From Hamiltosporidium tvaerminnensis FI-OER-3-3 (Eukaryota; Fungi; Microsporidia), in assembly GCA_022605425.2 (NCBI GenBank), contig CM061251.1, positions 868,001 to 932,000 of the forward strand: a stretch of DNA of 64,000 nt, in the 5' to 3' direction. Both the position numbers and the translations under genes were made by a program. Of this stretch, positions 23,450-37,899 are shown piece by piece. Every line of letters starts with the position of its first letter. Positions within the stretch are counted from its first letter, which is position 1. Below the pieces are notes generated by a model. The model did not search any database, had not been told where the DNA came from, and was given only the letters and a program-made list of their open reading frames with translations.

Positions 23450-26400
23450 TAATTTGAAAAGTAGGATTTATAAATTAATTTTATAATTAATGATCTAATT
23501 TAAGAAAAGGAAACTTAGAAGGACAAGAGTATTATATTACTAAGTTTTTCTGATTTTATTACAACATTGAGGTTATAAAAGCGGAAAAACAGATGTGGGT
23601 CTTTGAAGCTGTAATATAAAAGAAACAAAAATATTTTTTAACTTTAAGAAAATTATAGTCAAAAGAGTTATGATCCTTATAATGAAAATTATTAATTATT
23701 TTTGTTAATAGCAGTGTATTGATAAGAATTATGAAGGAAAGCTTCGGTATCATTTTCTTTTTTTTATCTATAGCTAAGATTTCTATTCCAAATACACTAA
23801 CTTATAAGGTTTTCAAATCACAGTTTAAAATCGGATAAGGGTCTACTACCAAGAGAATATAATTTTTTTAAAATTTATTTCATTTCAAAAGAAAAAAAAG
23901 TGATATTCCGAATCTTTGTAATAAAATAATTTTAAAATATTATCAGATAATGATATTTAAAGTGTCTTTAACCTTCATAATTATATATTCATCTATAAAC
24001 AGTAAAACATGGTTGCAAAAAAAAAATATTTTAAGATTTTTAGGATTATTCTTAAATTTTTCTAGCGTATATTAGATTTTTTACGTTTTAAAGTACTACC
24101 AAAACCAAAACATATTTTTAAAAAATACTAATATTCTGTAAGAATTCAACATATATGCTGAATAATATTTGTAGGTTTTCAAAATGCAAAATTCGAATGG
24201 CATCTATTCTATTTACATATTAGATGTGAAAATTTTTTTATTTCTATGCAAAAAAAACAAACCCTAATATTGCAGTATAATAATTCGGATTTCCAGAATA
24301 ATAGGCCTTCTATATTTGAAAATATTCTTAAGTTTGAAATAATTGATACACAGATACTATTACCAGGCGTTTATAATTAACAATTTTTTTTTGAATAAAG
24401 ATAATTCTAATTCAAAGTACGTTTAGATTATCAAAATATTGGTAAAAAATTTTTGTGCGTTGAGATGCATTTCCTATCTTCGAAAAAATACATAAGATTT
24501 TCATTCATGTACCTTGAACTTAAAGATATACATTCTTTTCATAAAAAATTTGTTTTAAAATAGTTTAAGAAAATATTTCAAAATTAATAGCTAGAAATGC
24601 AACATAATAAAAGTTATATTTGAAGCTAAATATGCGAAATATATTTAATTGTCATTCGGATTATAACCACATTAAAATGCTTCAAATTGACTAGTTATTA
24701 TTTGGTCATTTATTTTGGCGAGAAAAAGCTGTTGGAAACTATATATTTCTACAATACGCAGAATAAAGCCGTTTGAAGTTTACAAAACACCTTATTTGAT
24801 TAAAACAGGTGATTTATTATGTTTCGAAAAAAACTAAAAAATAACGATTATTTCTCGTTCGATGTATGTCTAATAGAATTTTAGTTCCAATACTGAAGAT
24901 ATATACTGTTAAAGACATAGAAAATAAATATATAGGCTAAAAAAAATTTAAATTATCGAAAAAGTTATTTTTCCATTCGGTATAAATATTCAAATAAAAT
25001 TTTTTTAGAAATTTCCTTTACACCTTTTTACAGAGTTTTAACCCTGTGATTTCGATTAAAAATTTCCCTTCTCTAAATATTGGAATAAAAAAATGGTGAC
25101 AATTGTTTAGATAAGCTGGAATCTTGAAATAAAAAGAATGAGCTTTGTCCGTCAGTTAGTTTTCGACCCGGGATATTTTTAAATTAATTCCAACGATGTT
25201 AAATATTTTTAGATTTGATTATGATATAAAAATAGAAAAGCAAAGTTGCGATTTTTACAAAGATTGCAAAACTTTCTAATTCATGAGCCTTGCAAAAATT
25301 TTGTTTATTGCTATTTTGATTTATTTTGTGGCAAAAAGAAATTTTAGGAAAACAAATAAATGAATCTACAAGAGCTTAACATATGTAAAAAAATCCGAAC
25401 CTTTTACTAATTTTCAAGAAAACTAGGACACATTAACATAAATTTATAAGCAAAACTTTTTTGATTCTTAGCATTCTTGCTATTTCTTCTTTTCTCATCA
25501 GTGTTTTGGTTTTTAATGTCAAAAAGCATCACTAGGTGAATCATTTTTTTTGATCCGTATTAGAGTTTCAGAAAAGACTACATGTCTAAATTAGTTGTTT
25601 CCGTATAATTTAAAGGTACAGATTAATATAATAAGGTACTGCCGTTTACGTGCTAAACAAATGCAAAATTAAAATTCTTATATATTGTAAAGTCTAATGA
25701 TATAATATTTGATATCTTGATTGTATTAAAAAAAATTATTTTAAGTTTAAAATCGCACGATTTACAAATTTCCTTTTAAATTTGAAATACTATTTAAGAG
25801 TTTATTAAAACACTGAAAACATCAGAATGTACCTTTTCGAGAAAAAGTATTAAATAGTATCACCAAAAATGATTTCCAACGCCGGTAATTTTGGTTGACA
25901 GTATCTATACACATAAGAGATACAAATTTCTTAACCAAGCCAATAATTGACTGTAAAGAAACATATTAGAACATTTTTGATTACTTTCTTGTACTTGCAT
26001 TCTTTAATAATCTCATCTAAATAAATATTAAATCATTTAAAGTAGGTTTCTTCGTTGCCTTTTTAGTTTGTTTAAGTTTTTCGTAAGAAAAAAACAAGGT
26101 AAGCATATAATGCAAATATTAGCAGAATTCTAGTATAGCACTACATTTTAAAGACTATATAAACTTAAGCTTAAATCTAAAATCTTGGTACATAATTTTC
26201 GAAATGTTTCATAGAAGTTTAAGGGGAATTTGATATGCATCTCCAAGAAGTAATTCTTACTCACTAGTCTTTTATTTTTAAATGCAGTCATACTTCTTCA
26301 AAAAAAAACATATAAAGTATTTTTAATTGTAATTTTCTGAATGGTGAGTCTATTTATGTACAAGCTAGAAATATACAAGGCATATCTTGCGCTGATCAAT

Positions 26401-29062
26401 ATAAACTATGTCTAAAATGAAAATTTTTTGGCACAATCACGAAAACAGAGAAAAAAATGAATTGTTAACTCAAAGTACTAAAAAACTCAATTAATTTCCC
26501 GGAATATCATAATCTATGAATAAGTGCTAATATAAATTTATGGTTTAATGTTGAGAAGCAAATACCAAAAATTTAAAAATACTGTAGTTTGTTAAAAATC
26601 ATAAATAAAACATAAAAGTAAATAAAAATCGAGAAAAAATGCTAAGTTATACAAAAAAGTAAATAAACCAAGATTTACGAATAATATGCATCTAAAAAAT
26701 CACAAGATATAACTTTTTATGCAAATCAAATTGATACTTATATTTTGTCACAAAATTTGATAGATGTATTCTGATTAAACTAAACATAAAATAGTCAATA
26801 AAAATGCTAAATTTTTTAAAAAAAAACGTGAAACAAGGCATTATTTTCTATGCGATTTCTTCTGTATTTATTTTTGACTATGTACACATGCTACTGTCTC
26901 AATAATTTTTCTGTTTTACTTTTTCAAGATTATATTTATTCTCAAATTTCTTTTTACATAAAAGATCTTTCCAAAGAAAAATTATCTTCACTAGATCTTT
27001 TTAGAATATTTTTAGTTAAATGTATTGATTAATAGAATAGATAGTAATCAAGGAATTCATTTTTATCAGGAAATGGCCTGTTTGTTGTAATGAACATAAA
27101 ATAACTAAGTCTAAAGGCATATGCTTTTTTATTAAATACTCATAACATTCTTAGAAAGATGAAATAAATCATAAGTCGTTTTAAAGTTTAGCTTGAAGAA
27201 AGGGGGTTAGAGAATGTCGCGCAAGTAAGATCCAGTGTTTGTAAAAATTTTTGTTATTAAAACATGATTAATTTTCTCATTTAGCTATATTTATTTCGCT
27301 TTTAATAGTAAAATATTTACTTTAAAGTTTATTTTTAATTTATGACTTCACCGAAACTTGTCGATTTTTGGAGACTGTTTGGTAATACAACATATCATTA
27401 AAATATCTTAGAAATTATGATATTAAAAATTTTTATCCTATGATATCTAATGTATAAAAATTAAATACTTAATTTCACAATATATAAATTTCCAACTTTT
27501 TTTTAAAAAAAGACGCTGAATTTTAAAAATATTGTTTTATCCAATCCCAAATTTAAAAAAAATCAAAATAGCTTAAGATTTTTAATATAATAATGCGCAA
27601 TAAGCTAATCTAGAAATTTACAAAGCAAAATATTACACTTATATATAATTATAAAAAAAATTGCAATATTTCTTAAAATGTAAAAAAAAAATAAAAGTGA
27701 AATTTTCCGTAGAAATAAATTTTGAATATTAAGGAAAACAACTAAAGCTAAGATATCCACGTTAGAAACAACCCGCTCACGATAAAAAGTGAAAGACATA
27801 TTTGAAATCATTATTTAGATTTTGACAGAATCTACGATAAAAAATTGCCAGCAGTTCCATCAAATTCATATACATTGTAATGGTCTAACATTAGCGCTTT
27901 GTTTTCTTTAATTTAAGAAATGTAGTAATTTTGATACTAATTTTAGATTATAATCTAACATGTTGGTAGTCGCTAAGCCAACTTCCGGAAACCACCTTGC
28001 ACATTTGAATATGAAGATCGCTGCAAATTTGACCAATGTAAATATTTGAACATGAGAACCGATATAACAGATTATACCTATAAACTTTACATTAGTTGTC
28101 TATATGGACCCCTGTAAGTCTCCGAGATACATTCTAGCTGAATGATTTTCGAATTGAAGATTAGATCAAGTAGAAATGCTGCACCTTTTTAAAATTTTAG
28201 AAAGCGAAATTGGGCCTGCGAATCGTACCTTGTTTGCAATAGACAAGAAAAATTCTGGAGTTACTGACTCGCCTATTATATAAACTCTAGAGATTTTTTT
28301 ATAAAATTTCCCGGTATTTAAGTATCGTAAGATATACCAATAAATTGATACGGGGTAGTTCTATGTAAAACCAGCTAGAGTTAATTCCTGCAAAAAATAT
28401 AACATCTTTCTTTGTTTTATAAGAAGTGATATTTTAAATAACTAAAAATTTGCAAATAAACTCCGTTAATTTTGTTTCTTGCTGTATGTAGAAATTATAT
28501 TATTCACTACATAAATTAAGGTTTAAATTATTAAAATCCTTTAAAACGAATTAGTTAATAACAAAGAAAACAAGTAGAAATTTATTCTTCGAACTATAAA
28601 TGTAAAAAGTTTTTACTGTGGAAACTTAAATGGTTTTAAAGATCGGAAATCGAAATCAAATTATTTTTGAATAAAAAATGTTTTTATTTCTTATGTCAAT
28701 TAAATTTCAAAAAAGTTTTAATAAATAATTTATCTAAACGTGTACTAATTCCATGAATGAATTTTTCATATTCTGCAATTTTAATAAGACTGTTATTGAT
28801 TTGAAAATTTAAAAAATTTGAAATGTATTATTTTGTGTCATATAAATTGCTTTAAATAATTTTATATATTGAATTGCAAGTTTTTCATGTGTTTTAAAAA
28901 TAATTTGATTTATTAGATAAATCTTTAGTAATAAACATATTTTTACAATTTAAAATATAATTTATTTTTGTGCATGTTTGATCGAACGCAAACCTATTAA
29001 TATAAAGTTTTAATGAAACTGTGATTTATTTTAAAAACAAAGAAAATGAAATAGAATTTGAT

Positions 29063-29101
29063 ACCCCTACAAAACAAAAATATTTTAAATTTTGTAGGGG
29101 T
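29063..29101. repeat. Perfect 12-bp inverted repeat (ACCCCTACAAAA - 15 nt - TTTTGTAGGGGT)
   Basis: Read directly from the sequence. Confidence 0.85.
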
Positions 29102-30609
29102 GGTAAATCTAATTATATTTTCTTCTCTTTTCTTTTCAAATTCAGTTTCTTTATATTTATTTTTAAATTCTACCCTTATGTTCTGAAATGAAAATGTATT
29201 TTTTACTGAAGAAATTTTGATGAGGATGCAATACAAGAAATATAAAAAAAATGAAATCGAATGGAATTTTGGCAAATATGTGGAGGATATAGATTGTATA
29301 TTATAGTTCGCTACATCCTTAAGATTTACCTAACAGATGACTTTGTTTGTACAAAATTGTTTTCGGTTTTAGATAAGCCATAAAATATAGGTGAGTAACA
29401 AAATCACACTGTTGGGTATCAAGCACAAAGCTTGAATGTTATAAAGATCATACGAAGGAATATCTTATTTTTATTTCTGATTATATTATCCTAGAAACCA
29501 TTTTTTAAAAGGTGTAATTTCAGTAAAGAGTTCCTATCCTTCGAGATTAAGCAAAATATGTGGTATTGTGACGGGGAGTAGTAAAAAGAAAACATAAGGT
29601 GTGGTAAGTAAGTCAGTGCTCATTGGTTGGTCATTTGTCTTACATTTGATGTTTAGAATTTGTGAAAAAAATCTGAAAGCTATAAAGAGGTTTGGTGAGT
29701 ATAAGAACAGTAATCTTCTACATTTGTATTTTCTGCTGAAAGTGGCATGAATTAGAAATTTATGCCTTTGGTTAGATTAGAACACATGGGAACTTTTGAA
29801 TCGAAATTTAAGAAGTTATGTGTCTTAATAAAATTTATTGCGGAAAATATTTGTTATATTTTTAAGAAATGAAAATAACCGGTATATTTTGATACATTCT
29901 ATTTGGTATTTCTGAAAATAAATACAAAAATCAAATACATATCAAAAGTTGGATAAAAAATGCATTTGTGATATCTTGAGAATAAATTTTGATGCAATCA
30001 AAGAAAATTGCTTTAGAATTGAGAAATTTACTACAGAAAAAGGTTGTAATATTAGTCCTCTTTTTAAGAAAGATGAAGTTAAACAAATTTAAAGATTTAC
30101 AAGAAAACTCAATAAAACATTCTAAATGGGTTTAATATTTATTTAATTCCGTTGTCATTTACCAGGAAAACATATTTTTTTTTCAAATAAATTTTTAAAT
30201 CCTAATTCAATTATTTCTCTTTTTGTTATTGCTCAATTGTTTTTTACAATCCCATTCTTTAAATTTACGTGATCCTATATTTCTTTGTTCAGAATCCAGG
30301 ATTTTATTTTGTGAAAGGTACTTTTCGAATTATAATACAATTTAATAGAAGTTTATATTTACTCAAATTCTTAAATTAATTCAGCATTTCTTATTCGAAT
30401 AATATTTTATTAATGGGAAACATAGTATTCTATTCTAATTGAAGAAATACAATCGATCTCTATAGTATGAGTGGGTAATTGTTAAATCATGAATATTCAA
30501 TTAGCTTTAGTAATGTTTATCTTAAGATAGATAAATTGTGCTTCACTTTAGAATAAGTAGCTTAGAAATAACACATTTATTCAATAAGAGCAAAACTTTC
30601 AAAGACCCT

Positions 30610-33550
30610 ACACCCTTTAGGAGTCAAAACGATTAAGTGTATAGTTATAGAGAAAAAACAGTTGGTGATAGTTAAAATAAAATAGTATTATGTTTAAGGC
30701 TTAAATATAATTATTAGTATATGTTTAAAAGATTTAAATTTTAATACAAACGAATAATTTAAGAATTCAATAATGGTATAGAGTTATTCATTTGAAACCT
30801 TGCAAATAGGAAATCTGTCTAAGTATGCCAACTTTTGCCTTCGAGTTTATGTAATGGGCGTTTGTGATATTGGTAGAGTTATTTTTAAAATTATAATAAG
30901 TGCCCGAAGTTTACTTTTTTCGTTATATCCGACCTGCAAAGATCGAATGGATTCTTGCCACAACCTCTTGAATCATATGAGAGCTATACGGGTATATGAC
31001 CTTACATACTCTTTTCATGGTGCAAACCAGCTTATGTAGTTTAAAACCTATAGATATGTTGAAAGTTTATGTGAAATATATGGTAGCGGATTGTGGAAGT
31101 AGTTTCTTTCGTTCTACATTAGGTTAAATCATTATGCAGTTTATTATGTAATAGAAGCCCAAAGATATGATGGTGCTAGGTTCCAAGTGGAAAGACCGAA
31201 ACATAAAAAATCTAAGCTAATGCGATGTTTTTTTTAAACATTTTGTACAAACAATTGTTTTTCTTTCTATATTTTAAGTGTACTAATCATAATTAAATAA
31301 TATGATATTTGAACCAACAAACTTAATCATAGAAATTTTATTTATTTAATTAGAATATAAGCCTATTTTCAAAAACATATTTAAATTTTATACTTTTAAG
31401 ATAAAATATTCATCTATAAAAATTTTTAGATTTCAAAGTATCTTCCATTCACTTATATTACTTCATTTAAATTGATTTCTTACTGGTTTGAAAAAAAATT
31501 CTTAGCGTTACGTCAAGCAAGAAAAATAATATTAAATTATTTAAAAAATGAGTATAGGTTATTTAGGTTATAATGAAATAATGTTTTTAGGGTTTACCTT
31601 TAGCTAAACTAAAATTAAAATATCATGTAAAATATTCCACAATTAAAAATTTTTGTTTCATCCAATACGACTTAATAGACAAGTTTAACGTCTAAAAAAA
31701 ATATAAAATTAAACTATTTTAATAATTTGTTTTGGGATTTTGCCTAAAAAAGAGAAATAGGTTAAGAAAATTAAAATTGACAAAACTTAACGTAAAAATG
31801 CTTATTTATTTAAATTTAGTTTTAATATATAAGTAGTATAAAAGAATCAAAGTCAGTACTCAAGATATTTTATTGTAGTATCGATTTAATATAAAATTAG
31901 ATTCTGTAAATCCTTACCATACAATATATATTTCTAAAAAAAGACTATGCATTATTAAGAAGATTCAATATAGTTATAATATTTACAATTTGAGTCAGTT
32001 AAAATAGGCAGATAGTTAAAAAACGATTTTTATATGTATATATTACGCAGATTAAAATTTTTTATAAAAAACATGGATATAGGTATATGAAAAATAAATA
32101 AAGTCTATATATAGAGAATATCAAAGATATTTCAATAATGGCAATATTAAAAATTCTCATCAATTCTCTTTAAAATAGTATACAAGAAATTTTAAATGCT
32201 ATTCAGATGTATAACTTTCCTTTACTTATCTCTATATTCTTTTTTAGCTAAAGAAGCAATACATATATAATATTTGGCAGCTTGCTCAATTTTTGAAAAG
32301 TCTAATATGAAATTATATAGAAATCATTAGTTACGTATGAATACTCTATATGATTAATGTTTCAATCAATTCATTCTAAGTTTTAAACAACCATTGCACG
32401 AATTTTTTATGTGTCTTTTTGGCTGAACACGACGTTTTATGACCAAGATTAAAAAATATTATTTTTAGATAATGGGTTAAGGCTTTAATTGAGCAAATGC
32501 TCTACATGACCATAAAAAAAAACCAATATCTTATAAACAAAAACTTCCAATTATAGTAAATTTTATAAGTTTATTTTGTTAGACCCTTAAAATCATATGA
32601 GAAAAGATAATACTTGATTAATTTCGAAATATTGCATATTGATATGAATTAAGGAATTCTAAGAAAAATGACTAAAGAATAAATAGAATTCCCTTAAAAC
32701 GAGGTAAAATTCGACATTTTTTGAAAATAAGTGTTAGTATATTCTATAAAATTTAAGATTAAGCTAACTAGAATTGTTTTATAACTAGAAAAACTGCTTG
32801 AATAAGTTACCACTTAACCCAGCAAATAAATAACAAATGAATGATTTGAAAAAAACCTTAAAAAAAAATGTAGATTTGAATAAAAAAAACAGAAAATGAA
32901 AAAGAATAGATAAAGATATAATACGAAAAATTTAAGTTAAACAATCTAGATATATGTAAAAAGTTTTAAATTAGTAAAAATAACAAAAATAATATATAAA
33001 CCAAAATATTCAACGCAAAAAAACTTAATGAAAGAAAATAAGGTAAATAGAATTCAACTTGTACTCAAATTTTTAGATAAAAGTTCGATTTACCATATTA
33101 ACAACTATAAAAAAAATGATTTCATATTCAAATAAATAACGCCCCATATTCTAGTTTGTATTACAGTAAAGACTATACAGATTTAATAAAATATCAAATT
33201 ACTAACAAAAAAAGTAACTGGTGTTACCACTAGAAGTTAAAATAACGATTTAATTACTATAAATATAATTGCATTGGATTTAAAGAAAAAACAAAAAAAT
33301 TAACCTAAAAACTATATAATATAAATAAGTAGATTATTTCTAAAATACGAAACATATAAACATAGTTTTAATATGCTATAAATTTTTTTTTTACTAGAAT
33401 ATATGATTTAGGACAAAAGAATAGACAGAGTAATGAAAAAAGTAATAAAAAACCTAGAAAAGTATTATATCCCTAAAATATAGGTAGTGAACATATTTAT
33501 TATAAGACTAATTCACTTTTCAGAAGACATATACACCATTTTAGAAGCAT
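30610..33550 (-). mobile_element. U element copy U2 (5'-truncated, about 2.9 kb)
   Basis: Homologous to about 18700-21650 (e.g. CCAAGATTAAAAAATATTATTTT at about 32443 vs about 20544; CAAAAACTTCCAATTATAGTAAATTTTATAAGTTTATT at about 32538 vs about 20640). Decayed stem-loop at 30809-30839. Confidence 0.75.
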
Positions 33551-34210
33551 GTATAGTCGAAGAAGAGAGAAAATAGGAATTGTTAAAATCCCAATAAAGC
33601 TAAATATAACTCAATATAATTACCATTCTTTAAAATTTTTAAAAGTTTCTTTAAGAGATGCTATACTGGTTTTAAGTCTCTATATTTTATAGTTCCTTAT
33701 TGTATACCTTCTTATAAAAGTACTTCATCAAAAGAGGCAATTTAGTCCCGTAATCAGGGCATATTACATTATAGTCACTGTAAATCGCGTATTTATGCTA
33801 ATAGGATTATATATAACATTTTAATAGCTGAAAAAATTCACATTTTTAAAAAATTCGACTTTTTACGATATCGAACGAGTTATTTGCTACTACCATTTGA
33901 ATTTATGTCTAACCTATGCAAATAATCTTACATAACCCTCCAACAAACCATATCAGAATGGTTAATAGTAAAAGTAAATTAAGCTGAGAATTTCAGAGGA
34001 ATATCAATATCAGTCAGCATTAGTGGCATTTTTCTAATGACTTCTACATTAGTAAGGTGGAAAATAGTTTTATTAGGGCATCGGTGAATTAATATCCTAA
34101 GGATAACAAATCCCATATCCATAGACATAGTAAGAATACCGCTGTAGATACAAAAGGATAAAAATGTAACCATATTTATAGTTTTAAATTTTTTAATAAC
34201 CAATTACTAA
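33550..34210 (-). mobile_element. U element copy U3 (short 3'-end copy, head-to-tail with U2)
   Basis: Clear match to 18780-19350 (AACAAACCATATCAG, AATCCCATA.CCATAGACA.AGTAAGA). ORF 33979-34203 is homologous to ORF 19082-19303. Stem-loop at 33736-33768. Confidence 0.8.
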
Positions 34211-36399
34211 ACTTATAGAATAGAAAATAATATAAATTCGGGTTTATAAGATAATAAAGTAACCATCTCAATGCTTTTATTGCATCTAAAATTGGCTCTA
34301 ATGCAAAAGATTTACCAAAATTAAACGACTGGTTTTTAAGCAAACCCTTAATATAAAACTACTTGAACATGATTATTTTATTGAATTCCGTCAGTCTATA
34401 GTAACTTCGACCCTTCTATAAATCTTAAAGTCTCATTATAATATTCATATACACAATAAAAAAATAATATTACAAATACAGTTTAAATATCAAATAATAG
34501 ATTCAAAGAATTTTATATATTCTCTCCAAAATATCCACCCTAAGACTTTAAATATAATACTCTTCGGATATTCTCTTCAAGAATATCCATTCCACATACA
34601 CTTTAATATGAAGACATCTTTGATATTCTTAAAGAAAATATGCTCCTATATAAAAGAACTAAAATACACTTTTGATATTCTTTTCATAAATATCCATTTT
34701 TTATATATTAAAAACTTAAAATAATTAAAGAAAGATGTCTTATATGTTTTGCAAAAGTATCAAGTCAAGACATTCATATTTTCTTAACAATGAAACTCTC
34801 ATAAATCTAAAGAAATGTATTAAATTAGCCGATATCCCATCAAAATTAGTATCTAAAAAGTAAAAAAAATACTTTATTAAATTTTGTACGTTTGACCTAT
34901 TTACTTTCGAATAAAAGATAACTATTAATACTAACTCCCAGAATTTAAAAAATATATTGACTTTGTGAATGTATTAGTTAGTAATGAATTTCTTTATATT
35001 TTCTCGAAAACAAACCAAGATAACTCTATTTTCTAGTGTTTTTTATTCAAAAATAATATAGTGAATTCTTTTAATGAGATCTTATAAAACATAATTATCA
35101 TATAAAAATTGTAAATTTTAAACTCAAACTATGCAAAACCAAATTAAATTTTTATCTAAACGAAAAAATATAATTTATTCAATCTGAGATGAAATTGTAA
35201 ACATAAATTTTCAATAAAAAAAATTAATGTAATTACTATCATTTATTGAGTGAAGCGGAAATCTAGATCTTAGTAAAGTTTATACGGGTTTTAAGAGCTT
35301 TAAAATGTGATTTCCTTTTTATATAAACTAATCTCAATATAAAATATATTTCACAATTTACTATATTCAAACCAAACTCAATTTAATGTTCTTTTGAACT
35401 AGTTATGGTTCCTATCTTACCTAAATTTTTCTATCCAAATGTTTTCTTATATTTTAATACATACTTGAAAAGACGAATAATCAAAAAATAATATTATGTA
35501 AAACAAAAAATAAAATTTAAACCGGTTGCAAAAAGTACCTTCCCTTTTCGTCAAGAGTTACAATTATAAGTATCGTAAATTTGTAGCAAGTTCTAGTTTA
35601 GTCAAAAATGTCTGGATTCCCTCCTTTATCTTTAGCTTTATGGATATTAATTTAAGGTTAAAAAATAGAGATTATTCGGTCTTAATGAAACAGTCAAGGT
35701 AAGGATTGTTTTAAAATAGAGGTTATCCAAAGTAGAATAATTATTCATTATAAAACCAATGTTATTTATTTAACACCTGTATTTTAAAAATTTAACAAAT
35801 TTTTAATACTAGAAATAAAATTTAATAGTTCAGATTTTCACAATAAATTTTTTTCTCAAGAAATTTTTCGAATTTCGTTGCTAGAATATAATTCTATCTT
35901 AATGAAAACCAACAACAGTATACAATATACTACAATAATACAAACCATTAGTAATTTCATAGAAAATTGAAAATTGAAAAGTTTAAAAATAATTTGAACA
36001 AAATTCAAGCTCACAAATATTAGTTGGGAATTTTTTTTGAAAAAACCGAGCTAGAATTCAAAACGTTTACTGATTTTTTAAAAAATCTTAAGTTTTGCAA
36101 AAAAACTAAAAATTGTCCATTATGTAACAATATGACAAAGAATTTTCGATAAATTGATTTAGAGGAGACTTAAATCATATAAAATCGATAAAAAAAGTTG
36201 TTCAAATTCCAATCAAATCTAAAATTTCTAAAAATTGCACAAATAAGATATTTGAAAAAAAATTAAAATTTAAAAAAAATAAAAAATTTGAAAAGGTGTA
36301 AAAAAACGTGAAAAAACAGCTAAATTTAAGAGAGAATTTAAAAAAATTGAAAAGAACAGGTAAAAATAAATAAAAAACATAAAAAATTTGTAAGTAAAT

Positions 36400-37250
36400 G
36401 TAAAAAGATATATAATTCCTTACAGATTAAAATTTCTTTTAAATTAGTACAAATCTTATTAAAAAATTTAAAAAAATCAAAAAAATGTTTTAAAAAAATT
36501 TAAACCGACAAACATTTAATTTAAAAAGTAAAAACGGCGAACGACATTAAAAGTATAATCATTTTAAAAACCTCTAAAAAGACTATATTTATAATTCACA
36601 AAATATTTTCTGTATAATATTTAAAATTGATATCGAAAAACGAAAAAACAGACTACATTATAGGAAAATATAATAAAAAAGAATTAAAACTGTATTAGAT
36701 AAAGAAATAACTACAAAAAATAATTCGAAATTCTGAAAATGTAACGAAACGCTTTAAAACTAGAGAAATGACTGTAAAATAGTAAGTCGATGCACAAAAC
36801 CTCTAACTTAATTAGAAGGAAACTATTTTTTCCGTACTAACTTAGCAGAATGTTTCTAAACCTTAGGTTTTGAATATAATTCATGAAGGAAGTTAAACGA
36901 ATGAATATCTTAAATAGAAAATCCTTGAAGAAAAAAAAATACAAGTACCATTCTAAAATGTAATAACGAACAAAGGAAACAGATGATTAACAAATTAGCT
37001 TAAATAGATCATTATTTACTTAAATGTTGGAAAGTATATATAAAAAGATATATAGTAGTATGAAGAGTTAGGATGAACCATTAATCTAAACTAAAAAGAA
37101 AAAACAGATTTATATGCCAAAAAAAGTAAGATTAGCTAGCCTAATACCCATAAGAGAATACAATTTAATAAATATGATTCTTTAGTCACTTTAAAAGTAT
37201 TAAACATAAGAACAAATAAAAAAGGAAAAAATCTAATGAAAAAAAATAAA
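36400..37250 (+). mobile_element. Possible highly decayed LINE 5' fragment (ORF1 end and APE start), copy G
   Basis: IIIYLNVGK at about 37008-37034 resembles KIGFLNVGG. NLAECF at about 36840 resembles KLLECL. The + strand is A-rich. Confidence 0.35.
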
Positions 37251-37899
37251 TCTAAGTTAATATATAGCTACAAATCCTAACTCGCCCCCTGCTATTTACA
37301 TTTTTTTCATGGTCTAGACATTTTATTATTGACCCAAACTCTTTCCTAAAACTACATATTTAAAACAAAAACCTTATAAATAAAATATAATGTAGAATTG
37401 CTGGTTATTAACCCAGACTCTTTTTCAAAATATCATCTAAGAATATTCATCTTAACCTGTAACCTTAATCCAGAAACCAGATTCAAATAAAGAGAAATAA
37501 ATTAACCCGAAAATTTTAGGGTTATGATTGGTTTCTGTGTTGGACCAATTAGGAGTAATTATATATTTACCCTATAGTCAATCTTATTCCTTTTTCTTAC
37601 TTTTTTTACTTTATTTTGTTTATTTCAAATAAAAATTTATTCCTTGAGATAAGTAAAAATACCAACTTTGAATTTTTTCCCCTATTTGTTTTTAGCTGTT
37701 GCATTTTTCTTTTTAAAAATTTGTTAGCGTATGTAATTCCATACTTTCATCCGAAAGAATATTTTTTAAAATAAAAGTTGAGGTAAAATATTTTTCTAGC
37801 TTCGGTAGGAGAGACCTCTATTCTTTAAAACGACTATTTTAACTTTTTTATTTGAATAAATCTAAAAAAATGTTCGGGAAAAGTAAATAAATTTTTATT

